Origin: Candidatus Bathyarchaeota archaeon
GTDB lineage: Archaea; Thermoproteota; Bathyarchaeia; TCS64
Assembly (NCBI GenBank): GCA_016783485.1
Contig: JADHWM010000002.1
Coordinates: 1-62,727, forward strand
Length of the DNA stretch: 62,727 nt
Direction of reading: 5' to 3'
The notes beneath the pieces are model-generated. The model worked only from the letters and a program-made list of their open reading frames with translations. It did not search any database and was not told where the DNA came from. Shown piece after piece: positions 1 to 10,651 of the stretch. Numbering within the stretch: position 1 is the stretch's first letter; every line of letters starts with the position of its first letter. The position numbers and the translations under genes are program-made.

Positions 1-975
1 CACAGGCTCAATCCGTCGTCTTTGAAGATAGGGTACTCCACCCTCATGGAGGGCTTGAAGGGCACCGTCGAGGAGATACGGCCAGATATAGTCCACTCCC
101 ACAACCTACATCCCCACCTGTTCCAACTCATCAACTGGAAACAGGAAATTGGGTACGGCCTCGTCGCCCAGCTCCATTACCCCACCGTGACCGGGATAGA
201 CAGCGTCGTGGCACGGGGGCTCTACCGCCCGACGATGTGGAATCTCGCCCGGAACCAGGGGAAGGTTGACGGGGTTGTCGCTCACGGAGTCAAGGAACGG
301 GACTGGTTGGTGGGAGAAAAGATCGATGAAGAGAGGATACGGAAAATCAGATACCCCGCCGTGCCCGCTCGCCTCCTCGAATACGAGGGTAACCCCGTCC
401 CTGAACTGGAGGGCGTCGATGGCCCCGTCGTCCTATATATTGGCAGGATCACGTGGAGAAAGGGGGTGCACGTGCTCGTCGATGCGGTGAAGTCCCTCGT
501 CGAGGAGGCGCCCAACCTGCGTGTGGTTATCGCGGGGCCTCCCGAGAAAGACTACCTTGAGAAGATCAGGAGCGCAGTGGAACAGAAGGGCCTGCAGGAC
601 AATGTCGTGTTGGAGGGCGCTCTATCCGAAAAGAAAAAATACGACTACATGTGCGCCTCCACTGTCTTCGTATCCCCGAGCATCAAGGACATCCACCCCA
701 TAACTCTGTTGGAAGCCCAGGCCCTGGGAACCCCTGTGGTTTCCACGAACATTGCGGCGATACCCGACATCGTGCGGGACGGAGAAACGGGCATCTTGGT
801 TGAGTCCGAGGATCCCGAGGCTCTCAAAGAAGCAATCGGGAAGATAACGAGGGACGCCGCGCTGCGGCGAAGGCTTTCCCAAGGCGCTAGAGAATGGGCT
901 TCCAGCCTGTCCCTGGAGTCGTCGGTGGACTCCCTCGAAGATCTCTACTCGGATATACTTGAGAATCGGCGATGA
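1..975 (+). CDS. GT4 (GT-B) glycosyltransferase, 5'-truncated by the window edge
   Basis: Frame is open from base 1. Motifs PDIVHSH, YIGRITWRKG and LLEAQALGTPVV are typical of GT4. Confidence 0.9.
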   Translation, partial: HRLNPSSLKIGYSTLMEGLKGTVEEIRPDIVHSHNLHPHLFQLINWKQEIGYGLVAQLHYPTVTGIDSVVARGLYRPTMWNLARNQGKVDGVVAHGVKERDWLVGEKIDEERIRKIRYPAVPARLLEYEGNPVPELEGVDGPVVLYIGRITWRKGVHVLVDAVKSLVEEAPNLRVVIAGPPEKDYLEKIRSAVEQKGLQDNVVLEGALSEKKKYDYMCASTVFVSPSIKDIHPITLLEAQALGTPVVSTNIAAIPDIVRDGETGILVESEDPEALKEAIGKITRDAALRRRLSQGAREWASSLSLESSVDSLEDLYSDILENRR

Positions 976-1009
976 GTGACCAACTAACCTTGACCGCGAG
1001 GCGTTCAAT

Positions 1010-2071
1010 ATCCGGATACTCCTGACCCTGGGATACTACGAGACCGGGGGTTTCTCGACGGTGATCAACGCCCTGGCAGGGAACATGCAGGAACTAGGCC
1101 ACGATGTGACCGTTGCGGCTCACACCGTCAGGGTCGAGCCTCCCTCTGATATTAAGGTCCTGAAAGTACGCCCCGCGGATCTCTGTAAGATCGCCGAGAA
1201 GCATGACATGACCCATATCCATCTATCGTACCCCTTCACGAGAGCGGCCGTCAGAGACAAGCTGTCGCCATACCTGTTGACTCACCACGGTTACACGCCA
1301 TGGCACCTCGTCCCCGGGTTCTCTAACAAGGCCATCCATCTCGGGCTGCGCTGGAGATACAGTAGTCTGCTTCAGAGAGTTCCCCTGATTACCGCCGTTA
1401 GCCCCTTCGTCAGCGAACAGCTCCGAGAGCTTTACGCCTTGGACACCGTCGAGATACCCAACGGGGTGGAAGAGGTCTTTTTCGAGGAGGGGGACGACAT
1501 CGCTCTGGATGGTGATCCCGTTATATTCAACTCGACGGGCTGGAACTGGCAGAAGGGCGTCGACCTTCTTGTCCGGGACTTCTCCACGATAAAACAAACC
1601 CATCCCGAGGCGAAACTTTACGTGGTCGTCCCCCCGGCTCACAGAGACCTGCTGAATAAACATGTCGCCGATAACCAACTGAAACTGGGAGACGACGTCG
1701 TGGCCCTCCCCTACATGGAGCTCGAACGCCTTTCGAGCTACTACAGTTCCACGGACCTATACCTGCTTACCTCCCGGTGGGAGTCCTTCGGTTTACCTAT
1801 AATCGAGTCCTTCGCAAGCGGGACCCCTGTTCTCGGTCGTCGGGTCGAAGATGCAAGGGTGACCCATATCGAGGAGTCCGGGGGAGGGCTGCTGTATGGG
1901 AACGAGACCCAGCTATCGCAGAGACTGGAGAAAATCCTCGACGAGAGGCCCTCATACTCGGTGAGGTCCCGAGAATACGCCCAGAGATTCCATTGGAAAG
2001 ACGTCGTCGATCAATATCTCGAACTGTATCAACGAATCCAGGCTGACCCCAAGGCGTCTACGAACACCTGA
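1010..2071 (+). CDS. GT4 glycosyltransferase
   Basis: WQKG and ESFGLPIIESFASGTPV motifs. The GT-like N-terminus (RILLTLGYYETGG) extends upstream of the GTG at 1061 to an ATC at 1010. Confidence 0.85.
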   Translation: MRILLTLGYYETGGFSTVINALAGNMQELGHDVTVAAHTVRVEPPSDIKVLKVRPADLCKIAEKHDMTHIHLSYPFTRAAVRDKLSPYLLTHHGYTPWHLVPGFSNKAIHLGLRWRYSSLLQRVPLITAVSPFVSEQLRELYALDTVEIPNGVEEVFFEEGDDIALDGDPVIFNSTGWNWQKGVDLLVRDFSTIKQTHPEAKLYVVVPPAHRDLLNKHVADNQLKLGDDVVALPYMELERLSSYYSSTDLYLLTSRWESFGLPIIESFASGTPVLGRRVEDARVTHIEESGGGLLYGNETQLSQRLEKILDERPSYSVRSREYAQRFHWKDVVDQYLELYQRIQADPKASTNT

Positions 2072-2081
2072 TAGTCTAACC

Positions 2082-2807
2082 TTGACTGTCCAACTCCTTC
2101 TCAGTTTCGATGACGCCACATCGCACAACATGAGAGCAGTGGGCCTCCTCGAGAAACACGGGCTCAAGGCCTGTTTCTACCTGGATACTGATGGAATCTC
2201 TATGGAGATGGACGAAAATGACGTCCGAGATATCTCCCAGTGCCACGAGATCGGTGGCCACACCGTGACCCACAGCAACCTGCTCGAGTTAGACCACGAG
2301 AGGGCGGCCTGGGAGGTCTTCGAGTCGAAAAAACGTCTAGAGAGCCTGCTGAAAAAACCCGTCGAGTCCTTCGCATACCCGTACGGGATATACGATGACC
2401 GGATCAAAAGCCTGCTTCCTGAGGCGGGCTATTCCAGCGGCAGAACCACGGAGCTCTACAACGTAGACATTGGCGACGATGTTTATGAGATCGGGGTCAC
2501 TCTATGGACCGATCCCCATCCCTATCGCCAAATATCCTCGGCTTTGAAGCTTCTGAGTCCCAAGAGGGTCATCTCGGAGCCGGCGCTCATCAAGAACTGG
2601 GGTAAATTCGCCGGATTCGTCCTCGAAGATATGCTCGAAGCGGGGAGGGGCGTGTTGCACGTACTAGTACACGCGCACTTTATCGAGGAGAGAGGCGAAT
2701 GGCACCGCCTCGAGCAATTGTTCGAGGACTTCGCCTCCAAAAACAATCTTCGCAACCCAACCATCACGGAGCACCTTGCATCGATCAAGGGAGGGCATCC
2801 AGCATAG
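2082..2807 (+). CDS. Polysaccharide deacetylase (NodB/CE4 family)
   Basis: LSFDD, HEIGGHTVTH and FAYPYG motifs. Confidence 0.9.
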   Translation: MTVQLLLSFDDATSHNMRAVGLLEKHGLKACFYLDTDGISMEMDENDVRDISQCHEIGGHTVTHSNLLELDHERAAWEVFESKKRLESLLKKPVESFAYPYGIYDDRIKSLLPEAGYSSGRTTELYNVDIGDDVYEIGVTLWTDPHPYRQISSALKLLSPKRVISEPALIKNWGKFAGFVLEDMLEAGRGVLHVLVHAHFIEERGEWHRLEQLFEDFASKNNLRNPTITEHLASIKGGHPA

Positions 2808-3979
2808 AGACCCTCAACATCGTTCTAGTGGAACTCCTGCTGGAGCCCTCCATCGGCGGGGGGCCCATCTCTGCGATTAATCTCACGAAGGCTCTCACCG
2901 ATAGGGGGCACAGCGTCACGTTGGTGCTGGGGGCGGACACCGACAGGAGAATTGCGGAATGGGTGAATGACGAGCTAGACTCCAACGTGGTCTACACTCT
3001 CGGCTACAGGGGTGTCACCAGTCTCAGAGCGGCACTAGACGATGCATCCGATATGATCGAAGGCCTATCATCTAATGTAGACGTGGTCAACGCTCACGGG
3101 ATCAGCGGATTGGCTGTGCCCGAGGAGATCACGGACAGGCTCGTGGTCACCAATCACGGCCACGTAAGCTCCCGGGGCGGGCACATTTTCTCCTCGACGA
3201 TCTTCAACAGATCGATGTGGTCGACTGGCTCCCTTTCGGAGGCAGCCCGGATCATGGTGGGTGGGGTGCTGCAGGGCGGGTACGAGAAAAGGGCCTGCAG
3301 GAGAGCCCAGATGGTCTTGACCCCGTCCCACTTCGAGAAAGGGCAGATCATCGGCGGCTATGGAATTGACGAGGAGAAAGTTCATCGAGTGCCCAACCTA
3401 ATATCTCTCCCAGAAATCGCCGGCACTAGTCCAAGCCCTGACTCCAAGAAGACTCTGCTCTACGTGGGGGGGCTCTCCACCGCGAAGGGCACGCCTCTCC
3501 TAGTTAAAGCCGCTCGATACATCCTGGGACGAGACCCCGAAGCTGGATTGACCGTCGCGGGTGATGGCCCTTTGAGGGGGATGGTTCAGAGGCTCACGCG
3601 AGATTTCCCGGAGAGGGTCAGATATCAAGGTGTCGTCCACGGAGACGCGCTCTCCTCTTTATACTCGAACGCCTGGGCCTTCCTTTTCCCGAGCCTTTAC
3701 GAGTCTTTCGGCCTCTCCATAGCCGAGGCCCTATCCATGGGCCTACCCGTGATTGCGTACGATGCCACGGCTATCCCCGAGATGGTCATCGACGGGGAGA
3801 ACGGCGTCCTAGCGAAGCCATACGACGTGGATGACATCGCGGAGAAGGCGTTGGCTCTCCTAACTGATCCCGATGAGCGCACAAGGATGAGCGGGAACGC
3901 GAGGAGGATCGTGGAGACGCTGACGGATTCAGACCGCACCATAGCCTCGCTGGAGAAACACTATCGTGAAGTTGCCTAG
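2804..3979 (+). CDS. GT4 glycosyltransferase
   Basis: GGGP N-terminal motif, KG and FPSLYESFGLSIAEALSMGLPV. Start placed at ATA 2804, which overlaps the upstream TAG; the 2699 start overlaps the previous gene by more than 100 nt. Confidence 0.85.
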   Translation: METLNIVLVELLLEPSIGGGPISAINLTKALTDRGHSVTLVLGADTDRRIAEWVNDELDSNVVYTLGYRGVTSLRAALDDASDMIEGLSSNVDVVNAHGISGLAVPEEITDRLVVTNHGHVSSRGGHIFSSTIFNRSMWSTGSLSEAARIMVGGVLQGGYEKRACRRAQMVLTPSHFEKGQIIGGYGIDEEKVHRVPNLISLPEIAGTSPSPDSKKTLLYVGGLSTAKGTPLLVKAARYILGRDPEAGLTVAGDGPLRGMVQRLTRDFPERVRYQGVVHGDALSSLYSNAWAFLFPSLYESFGLSIAEALSMGLPVIAYDATAIPEMVIDGENGVLAKPYDVDDIAEKALALLTDPDERTRMSGNARRIVETLTDSDRTIASLEKHYREVA

Positions 3980-5735
3980 CAAACCCTTCGAGTTCCCCCG
4001 GGACGTTGATTGGCGCTCCCCGGACACTTTGAAGAAAGCGGCTCTCATCCTCTGCATAATCGTATACGCCTCTTTCATCACCTCGATCTTTTCGTTGCGC
4101 CCCGTGGATCAAGTCCCCCCCGACCCATATTTCCTATTCAACAATCTACCGATCACTTATTGGGTCGGGATCGTCTGCCTCGTTGCCCTGGTCTTCCTCG
4201 TAGTCATCCGGGAAGAGGTCATGGAGCATACTCTGAGCAACCTGATCACGGCGACGGTCGTCGTGCTGTTGCCCTCGTATATTTTCGCCATCCCCCGGCT
4301 GATCTACTGGAACGTGATCTACACCGACACGTTCCAATTCGTCGCCCAAACCCTATATGTCCAGAAGACCGGGCACAACGTCATCGGGAACGAGACCCCC
4401 GGCCTGATCAGCTTCATGTCCGGGATACTGGTGGATATTGCCGGCTTCGACCTGTTCGCGTACGCAAAGTATTCACCCATCTTCGTCTCGATATTCATCT
4501 CCCTGATGATCTACGCGCTATCCCGAATCATCCTGAAAGACCGGAGATTCCCCCTCGTCGCGGTGGTGGCGTTCCACGCCCTGTCGTGGACGGGATTGGC
4601 ATACAACCGCCAGTCCTTCGCTTTCATCTACCAGTATCTCGCCTGGATGCTGATCGTGAAGTTATCGTTGCAGACGTATGACCGGCCGACGGTGATCCAG
4701 TATCTCTTCGTTCTCACGGCCCTCACGATATCCCACCCCGCCTCCTCCCTACTGATATCCCTCACCCCTGTCGTCATCATCATCACTAGGAAGGTTCTCG
4801 AGACGTTGGAGCCCGAAAAGGATTGGAGCGCCCTGAGAATGAATCCCACGCTGGCGATACTCAGCTCGGTGTCCTGGCTGCTGTGGCAGATCAACTTCGC
4901 GGCGTCCTTCACGGCGCTCATTGAGCAGTTCAAGATCACATCTACCAACTTCTTGGGCGAGCCGGACCCCATCGCCCACGCGGTAGTGTCGGGGTACATG
5001 CCCTCCTATCATATAATTGCGAACCTGAGGCAGTACTCATCCTACTATATCCTCCTCACCGGGCTGCTATTCTTCTTGCTCACCGTGAGGAAGGATATCA
5101 ACATGAAGATGGCCGTATCGTTATTCAGCCTCTGCGTCTCTCCTTTCCCCTTCGTGCTGTACGCGAACAGGTGGAGGATGATCCCCTTCATGTACGCGAT
5201 TCTGCCCTGGTCGATCATGTTCGCAGGTGCCCTGAAGTACCTTAAACCGCCCGAGGGGAGGCTCTACGAGGTCGTCGCCGAGAGGGGGAAAGCACTGCTT
5301 ATGTTATCCATCCTGTTCTTCCTGCTCCTGGTTCCCCTCACCATGTATGGCCCCGCGGCCCACATGTATCCCCCCTCAACGGAGCTCTCTCTGATGGATT
5401 ATCTCACGAGTTACGGGAAGGGGTCCGTGGCGGTATTAGACCCCGGGACAACCATCTCATCCTACTACGAGGCGGACAGACTCGATAACGAGGTTGTCTA
5501 CATCGTCCGTTTCCCCTTCATCCACGAGACGGGGCTGGACCTCGAGAACGTGCACTATTTCCAGATCATCATGCCCACCTTCAGGGCCTACTCGAAGGCC
5601 GCCTACATCCAGACATATCCCATGTACGATGTGGCAACGGACAACTTTGTCGATATGCTCAACCTTCACACCTCCTGGGCGAGGGTCTTCGACTCCGATG
5701 ATTGGCACGTGGCGTTCGCTCGGGTGAAGGGGTGA
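3966..5735 (+). CDS. Multi-pass membrane protein, GT-C/polymerase-like
   Basis: About 13 hydrophobic segments, an acidic loop (YTD) after the early helices, an SHP motif and a soluble C-terminus. Lies within the glycosylation operon. Confidence 0.6.
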   Translation: MKLPSKPFEFPRDVDWRSPDTLKKAALILCIIVYASFITSIFSLRPVDQVPPDPYFLFNNLPITYWVGIVCLVALVFLVVIREEVMEHTLSNLITATVVVLLPSYIFAIPRLIYWNVIYTDTFQFVAQTLYVQKTGHNVIGNETPGLISFMSGILVDIAGFDLFAYAKYSPIFVSIFISLMIYALSRIILKDRRFPLVAVVAFHALSWTGLAYNRQSFAFIYQYLAWMLIVKLSLQTYDRPTVIQYLFVLTALTISHPASSLLISLTPVVIIITRKVLETLEPEKDWSALRMNPTLAILSSVSWLLWQINFAASFTALIEQFKITSTNFLGEPDPIAHAVVSGYMPSYHIIANLRQYSSYYILLTGLLFFLLTVRKDINMKMAVSLFSLCVSPFPFVLYANRWRMIPFMYAILPWSIMFAGALKYLKPPEGRLYEVVAERGKALLMLSILFFLLLVPLTMYGPAAHMYPPSTELSLMDYLTSYGKGSVAVLDPGTTISSYYEADRLDNEVVYIVRFPFIHETGLDLENVHYFQIIMPTFRAYSKAAYIQTYPMYDVATDNFVDMLNLHTSWARVFDSDDWHVAFARVKG

Positions 5736-5742
5736 CTTTGGC

Positions 5743-6405
5743 GTGACGCGGCGGCCCTTGACCAGTATATTCGTACACGAGACAGCCCTGGGGCTCACGG
5801 ACAACATCACTCCCGGGCTGGCCATCGACGCCGGCTCTGGCCAGGGCGCATTCACGGAGAGCCTCCTGGAGAGGGGGTTCCCCGTGGTCATGTTGGACAG
5901 GGACGACTCGTTCGCGCGTTTCAGGCCGAAGGGGGCGGACCTAGTTGTCGTGGATCTCAACCACGGCGTCCCGTTTAGAGACGGTTGCGTCGATCATCTC
6001 TTCGCCATCGAGGTCGTCGAGCACCTTTGGAATCCCTACGGATTCATCGGTGAGGCGTCCAGGCTGCTCCGGGGAGGCGGCACGTTCATGATGTCGACCC
6101 CCAACGTGGAGAACATCTGGCAGAAGGTCATCTACCTGCTCACGGGGAGATTCCTCTATTTCAAGCCCCGTAACGTTAACGCGGAGGGGGATCATTTCTC
6201 ACCGATCTTCGATACGAGCCTCAGGGCATACTGTAAAAAGGTCTTCGAGTTAGTGTCGGTCAGGTACAACGCCTGTTTCATCCCCTTCATCGGGAAGCTG
6301 GGGTTCCTGAAGCCGGTGACCCAGCTCAACTCCCTGAAGAACCGCAAGTCCCTGGGGGAGATAGCGATCTACCGGTTCAAGAAACGCCCCGAATCATCGA
6401 CCTGA
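5743..6405 (+). CDS. Class I SAM-dependent methyltransferase
   Basis: IDAGSGQG motif I, EVVEHL, LRGGG and STPN. Confidence 0.88.
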   Translation: MTRRPLTSIFVHETALGLTDNITPGLAIDAGSGQGAFTESLLERGFPVVMLDRDDSFARFRPKGADLVVVDLNHGVPFRDGCVDHLFAIEVVEHLWNPYGFIGEASRLLRGGGTFMMSTPNVENIWQKVIYLLTGRFLYFKPRNVNAEGDHFSPIFDTSLRAYCKKVFELVSVRYNACFIPFIGKLGFLKPVTQLNSLKNRKSLGEIAIYRFKKRPESST

Positions 6406-7511
6406 TGACCGATCTCAGAGTCGCCCTCACGAGGGCGGGGGACCTCTCCGTCCCCGACGGCGTCAACACCTACGTCCTGAACCTGGCGGCGGCTCTCGCT
6501 GAGAGAGACGTGGAGGTCAACGTGGTGTGCGGTTCCAACGTCGGAGGAGTCAGCGTCGAGGGCGTCGATGTGCAGGCGCTCTCAGAGAGTAATCTGAACT
6601 CGGACAACTCGAGGCGGGTTCTTGCTTGGATGAATGATGGAGCCAGGGCTCTTAAGCGGATCCAGCCGGACATAATCCATTTCAACGGCATCGTCCCGGT
6701 GTCGGTGAAGGGCGGAAAAGTCGCGACGAACCACGGCCTCGTCGACACGTCCCCCTCTCAAAGAATGTATGCCAAGACCCTGTACAACTCCTATGCGGAT
6801 TTCGTGATCTGCTCCACAACCGCCCACAAGATGGAGCTTGAGTCGCTCGGGGTAAAGACGGATAAGTTAGTGGTGATCTCCCCGGGAATCGAGACCGGGG
6901 AGTTCGAGAACAGATCATTAGAGGAACGTGAGGACGCCCTCCTATTCGTCAACCCGTTTCCCAACAAGAATCTGGAGACCGTGGTTCGATCCCTGAAGTT
7001 GATCGGGGAACTGATCCCCGCGATCACCCTATATATAGTCGGTGAAGGCGACGAAGGATACCTGAATACCTGCATGGACTTGGCGGAGGAGCTGGGGGTA
7101 CGTTCGAGCATCTCCCATCTCGGTTTCGTGTCGCGGGAACGTCTCAGGGACCTGCTGAGCATGGTGAAGGTAGTGGTGGCGCCCTCTTTCTACGAGAGCT
7201 TCGGCTACATAGTCCTAGAGGCGATGTGCAGCGGCACGCCGGTCATCGGCAGCGACAGAATTACCCCGGACCTGTTGAGACCGGGATTCACGAGATATGC
7301 CGTGGCCCCCGAAGATCACATCGCCCTGGCGGAGGGGGCCGTTGAGCTGCTGTCCGACCAGGCGAGGTGGGCGGAACTCTCCGCCAACTCTCTGGACCGA
7401 GCCAAACATTTCGACAACGACGTCGTCGTCCCCCAGATAATCGACCTATATGAGCGACTGTCGAGCGGCGTTAGATGCGGGCCCCCATCCCTGATCCGAG
7501 ATAATGTTTGA
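6405..7511 (+). CDS. GT4 glycosyltransferase
   Basis: DGV N-terminal motif, PDIIHF and PSFYESFGYIVLEAMCSGTPV. Confidence 0.9.
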   Translation: MTDLRVALTRAGDLSVPDGVNTYVLNLAAALAERDVEVNVVCGSNVGGVSVEGVDVQALSESNLNSDNSRRVLAWMNDGARALKRIQPDIIHFNGIVPVSVKGGKVATNHGLVDTSPSQRMYAKTLYNSYADFVICSTTAHKMELESLGVKTDKLVVISPGIETGEFENRSLEEREDALLFVNPFPNKNLETVVRSLKLIGELIPAITLYIVGEGDEGYLNTCMDLAEELGVRSSISHLGFVSRERLRDLLSMVKVVVAPSFYESFGYIVLEAMCSGTPVIGSDRITPDLLRPGFTRYAVAPEDHIALAEGAVELLSDQARWAELSANSLDRAKHFDNDVVVPQIIDLYERLSSGVRCGPPSLIRDNV

Positions 7512-8259
7512 GTTGCTCTCCTTCTCGTTCTCGGCGTTGGGGTCTCTGGTGTCGCTGGGGTTTCCTTTCACGAGGCAAACCGTCCTGTTCCTATTTCCCA
7601 AGCGCTTCATCCCCCTGTTTCTGGCGGCGCTCGAGCGGAGCATCGGGCTTCTGGCCCGGGTTAACCCATGGCTGGGGCACTACATCAGCGAGAGGGTCAT
7701 CGAGTACTCCTTCGTCGTGGAGAGCCTCGCCGCCATCCCTGCTGCGAGGGTGCTGGACGTCGGGTGCTGCGAGAGTTTCTTCACCCACTATCTCATCGAG
7801 AAGGGCTTCGACACCTACGGCATCGATGTACGCCCCTACCCCGAGAAGAGCCCCCGGCTCAACTTCATTCAGGCGAACACTTGGGACACGCCCTTCGAGG
7901 ACGGCTATTTCGGGGTCATCGTCGTGGTCTCAACCTTAGAGCACGTCGGCCTAGGCGCCTACGGGGGGCCCGTGGAGGATGAGGGGGATCTCATGACTAT
8001 GAGGGAGTTGAGGAGGATCCTGGAGAACAAAGGAACGCTGTTGCTGACGCTGCCGGTGAGTTCCGAGTACTCCGTGGACTGGGAACGTCGGTACGACTGC
8101 GACCGGCTCATAAGGCTCCTCGAGGGATTCACATTGGAACGGGGGGAGATCTGGCTCCACGAATCGAGGAGATGGGTCGAGACCCGAATAGACGACATCG
8201 AATCGATGCGGGACGCGATTGGGGAGGGCCTCGCGTGCCTCGAGCTCTCCAAGAGATGA
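7504..8259 (+). CDS. SAM-dependent methyltransferase (DUF268-like)
   Basis: ERVIEY, VLDVGC and STLEHVGLGAYG motifs. Confidence 0.8.
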   Translation: MFELLSFSFSALGSLVSLGFPFTRQTVLFLFPKRFIPLFLAALERSIGLLARVNPWLGHYISERVIEYSFVVESLAAIPAARVLDVGCCESFFTHYLIEKGFDTYGIDVRPYPEKSPRLNFIQANTWDTPFEDGYFGVIVVVSTLEHVGLGAYGGPVEDEGDLMTMRELRRILENKGTLLLTLPVSSEYSVDWERRYDCDRLIRLLEGFTLERGEIWLHESRRWVETRIDDIESMRDAIGEGLACLELSKR

Positions 8260-8282
8260 AGGGGCGTCGGGAGGGGCGAGCC

Positions 8283-9422
8283 ATGAATGTACTGTGGACC
8301 GCTGACCAGTATGACATGCAGCTCGGTGACCCCCGGGGAATATTCAACTACCTGTCGAACCTCGGCGAGGGCTTGAACGCGTCTCCCCGTATCACGCTGT
8401 CCGCTCTGAGGTTCATTAAATCCTCCACGAGCCTCAGCGAGAGAGATGTAACCATTTCCCTTCCTTCGCCGTCGCCGTTCTTCCTCTCCCTCAGAAACCT
8501 GACCCTTTCCATTACCCCCCTGGGTTCCCCCCTCTTTGACGGCGTAGATCTCCTCCACATCACTACATGGGGGGCGAGTTACACCCCCCTGCTGTTGTCC
8601 CGGAGATTGAGGGGGGTCGAGGTCGTCGCCACGGTCCACGACATCGGGAACGCGTTGCATCCCGACCTGTACCGCTACGGCTCGCTGGAACGATCCGCCC
8701 TCCTCAGCAGCCTGAGACAGCTGGCTCGGTCCGGCTGCGCGGTCATCGCCGTCTCCGAGTCCACCAAACGGGACCTGGTTCACTACATAGGGATCTCCGA
8801 GGATCTGGTTTTCGTCGTCCAGGAGGGCGTCGACGACCTCTTCAGACCAGTCGAGTACGAGGGTGCGAGGAATTTTCTTCGCGAAAACTACGGCGTCGAG
8901 AACGAGTATGCCCTTTACGTCGGGAGTTCTCATCCCCGGAAGAATCTCCGCCGGCTCCTCGAGGCCTTCTGTTCAGCGAAATCAGCTGGGCTCCCATGGG
9001 ATCTATTGCTCGTCGGGGTTCCTCCGGAAGACCTGGCGGCGATGCCTGGAGCGAATACGGATGATGTTCGCGCGCTCGGCTACGTGCCCCGGAAGCACCT
9101 CCCCTTTTTCTTCGGCGCCTGCGAGGCCTTCGTCTTTCCGAGCCTCTATGAGGGATTCGGGCTCCCCGTTCTTGAGGCGATGGCCTGCGGTGCACCTGTC
9201 ATCGCATCGAACAGGAGCAGCCTGCCCGAACTCGTGGGAGAAGCGGGGCTCCTGGTGGACCCCTACGATGTCGGATGCCTGTCTGAGTCGATGATGAGGC
9301 TCCATCATGATGAGGGGCTGCGAACCGCGTTGAGGCGAAAGAGCGTCGAGCGGGCCCGCCTGTTCACTTGGGATAAAGCCGTTGAGGGAACCTTGAGGGT
9401 GTACGAGAAATGCCTGATGTGA
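8283..9422 (+). CDS. GT4 glycosyltransferase (mannosyltransferase-like)
   Basis: [17 protein letters not shown] and [25 protein letters not shown] 8283 follows a GGAGGGG ribosome-binding site. Confidence 0.92.
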   Translation: MNVLWTADQYDMQLGDPRGIFNYLSNLGEGLNASPRITLSALRFIKSSTSLSERDVTISLPSPSPFFLSLRNLTLSITPLGSPLFDGVDLLHITTWGASYTPLLLSRRLRGVEVVATVHDIGNALHPDLYRYGSLERSALLSSLRQLARSGCAVIAVSESTKRDLVHYIGISEDLVFVVQEGVDDLFRPVEYEGARNFLRENYGVENEYALYVGSSHPRKNLRRLLEAFCSAKSAGLPWDLLLVGVPPEDLAAMPGANTDDVRALGYVPRKHLPFFFGACEAFVFPSLYEGFGLPVLEAMACGAPVIASNRSSLPELVGEAGLLVDPYDVGCLSESMMRLHHDEGLRTALRRKSVERARLFTWDKAVEGTLRVYEKCLM

Positions 9423-10582
9423 CCCTCATAGGGAACACGCTGAACACCATGGGCGGGGGGGAGAGGGTGACCGCCCACATGCTGCTGACGCTGGAGGCGC
9501 TGGGGCACGATGTCACCCTGATGACCTGGGACAGCCCGGACTGGGACAGGATCGACCGTCTGTTTCACGATGAGATCAGGCTTTCCAACCACGTGGAAAG
9601 CGCGGAGCCCCTCGGGCCTGATTACGTCCCCTTGGACAGGGTTGGCTGGTCGGATGCCCTCCGCTGGCTCGAGCGGTCTCGAAGGATTTATCGTAAAACC
9701 GACTTGGTCGTGAATTCCCAGGGGAACACGGTGCCGGCTTATGCCCACGTTTCCTATGTTCATTTCCCCACATTCGCGCTGCTCCATCCGGCGCTGGAAG
9801 AGATAGCCAAACACCATCTCTCAGCATACGTTTCGTCTAGGAAGGACGAGATGATGATGAGGGTGAGGCAGCCCGTGTACAAGTCCCTCATGGAGCACTC
9901 TGCCGTGGTCTTGGCCAACTCCCATTTCACGAAAAGCTGCCTGGACAAGGTTGTGGATGCGGAGACCAGCGTCCTCTATCCCCCCGTCGAGGCCGAGGAC
10001 ATCATCGGGGTCGCCGAATCGGCGGGTGACCGAGGGAACACCGTGGTGACCATCTCCCACATACGCCGGGACAAGCGGCTGGAAATGATACCCGAGATCG
10101 CTAAGAAGGTCGAGGAAGCGGAGTTTCGCGTCATAGGCCACATCCACGACAGCGACTATCACGGGGAACTCCTCCGAGCGACGGAGGACATTGGCGTCGA
10201 GGACCGGGTCAGTTTCGAGACGGGACTCGACCGGGTAGGCCTCTTGCGCAGCATCGTGGAGGCCAAGGTCTACCTCCACACGATGCCCTACGAACACTTC
10301 GGGATCTCCCCCGTGGAGGCCATGGCCGCGGGGCTCGTGCCCGTGGTCCACCGCTCGGGGGGGCCGTATCGGGATATGCTGGACGGCAAGCAAGGGGAGT
10401 ACGGTTACTGGTACGAGGGGGTTCAGGATGCCGCGGAGCGGATAACGGGGCTCCTCGGCGACGAACGGCTCAGGGAGAGCCTCAGCGAGAAATGCGTCGA
10501 GCGTTCCAAGATGTTTGACACCGGAGTGTTCAGGGAGCGTTTCTCATCATATATCGATCTCGCCCTGGATGGATCTCGTTGA
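9410..10582 (+). CDS. GT4 glycosyltransferase (Alg11-like)
   Basis: GGGERV, YVHFP, ANSHFT and EHFGISPVEAMAAG are characteristic of the Alg11-like subgroup. Confidence 0.88.
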   Translation: MPDVTLIGNTLNTMGGGERVTAHMLLTLEALGHDVTLMTWDSPDWDRIDRLFHDEIRLSNHVESAEPLGPDYVPLDRVGWSDALRWLERSRRIYRKTDLVVNSQGNTVPAYAHVSYVHFPTFALLHPALEEIAKHHLSAYVSSRKDEMMMRVRQPVYKSLMEHSAVVLANSHFTKSCLDKVVDAETSVLYPPVEAEDIIGVAESAGDRGNTVVTISHIRRDKRLEMIPEIAKKVEEAEFRVIGHIHDSDYHGELLRATEDIGVEDRVSFETGLDRVGLLRSIVEAKVYLHTMPYEHFGISPVEAMAAGLVPVVHRSGGPYRDMLDGKQGEYGYWYEGVQDAAERITGLLGDERLRESLSEKCVERSKMFDTGVFRERFSSYIDLALDGSR

Positions 10583-10651
10583 ACACGTTGATCCATGGGA
10601 AGACGGGATCGCATACATACTCGAGGCACCGATTATAGGTAAGATTAAACG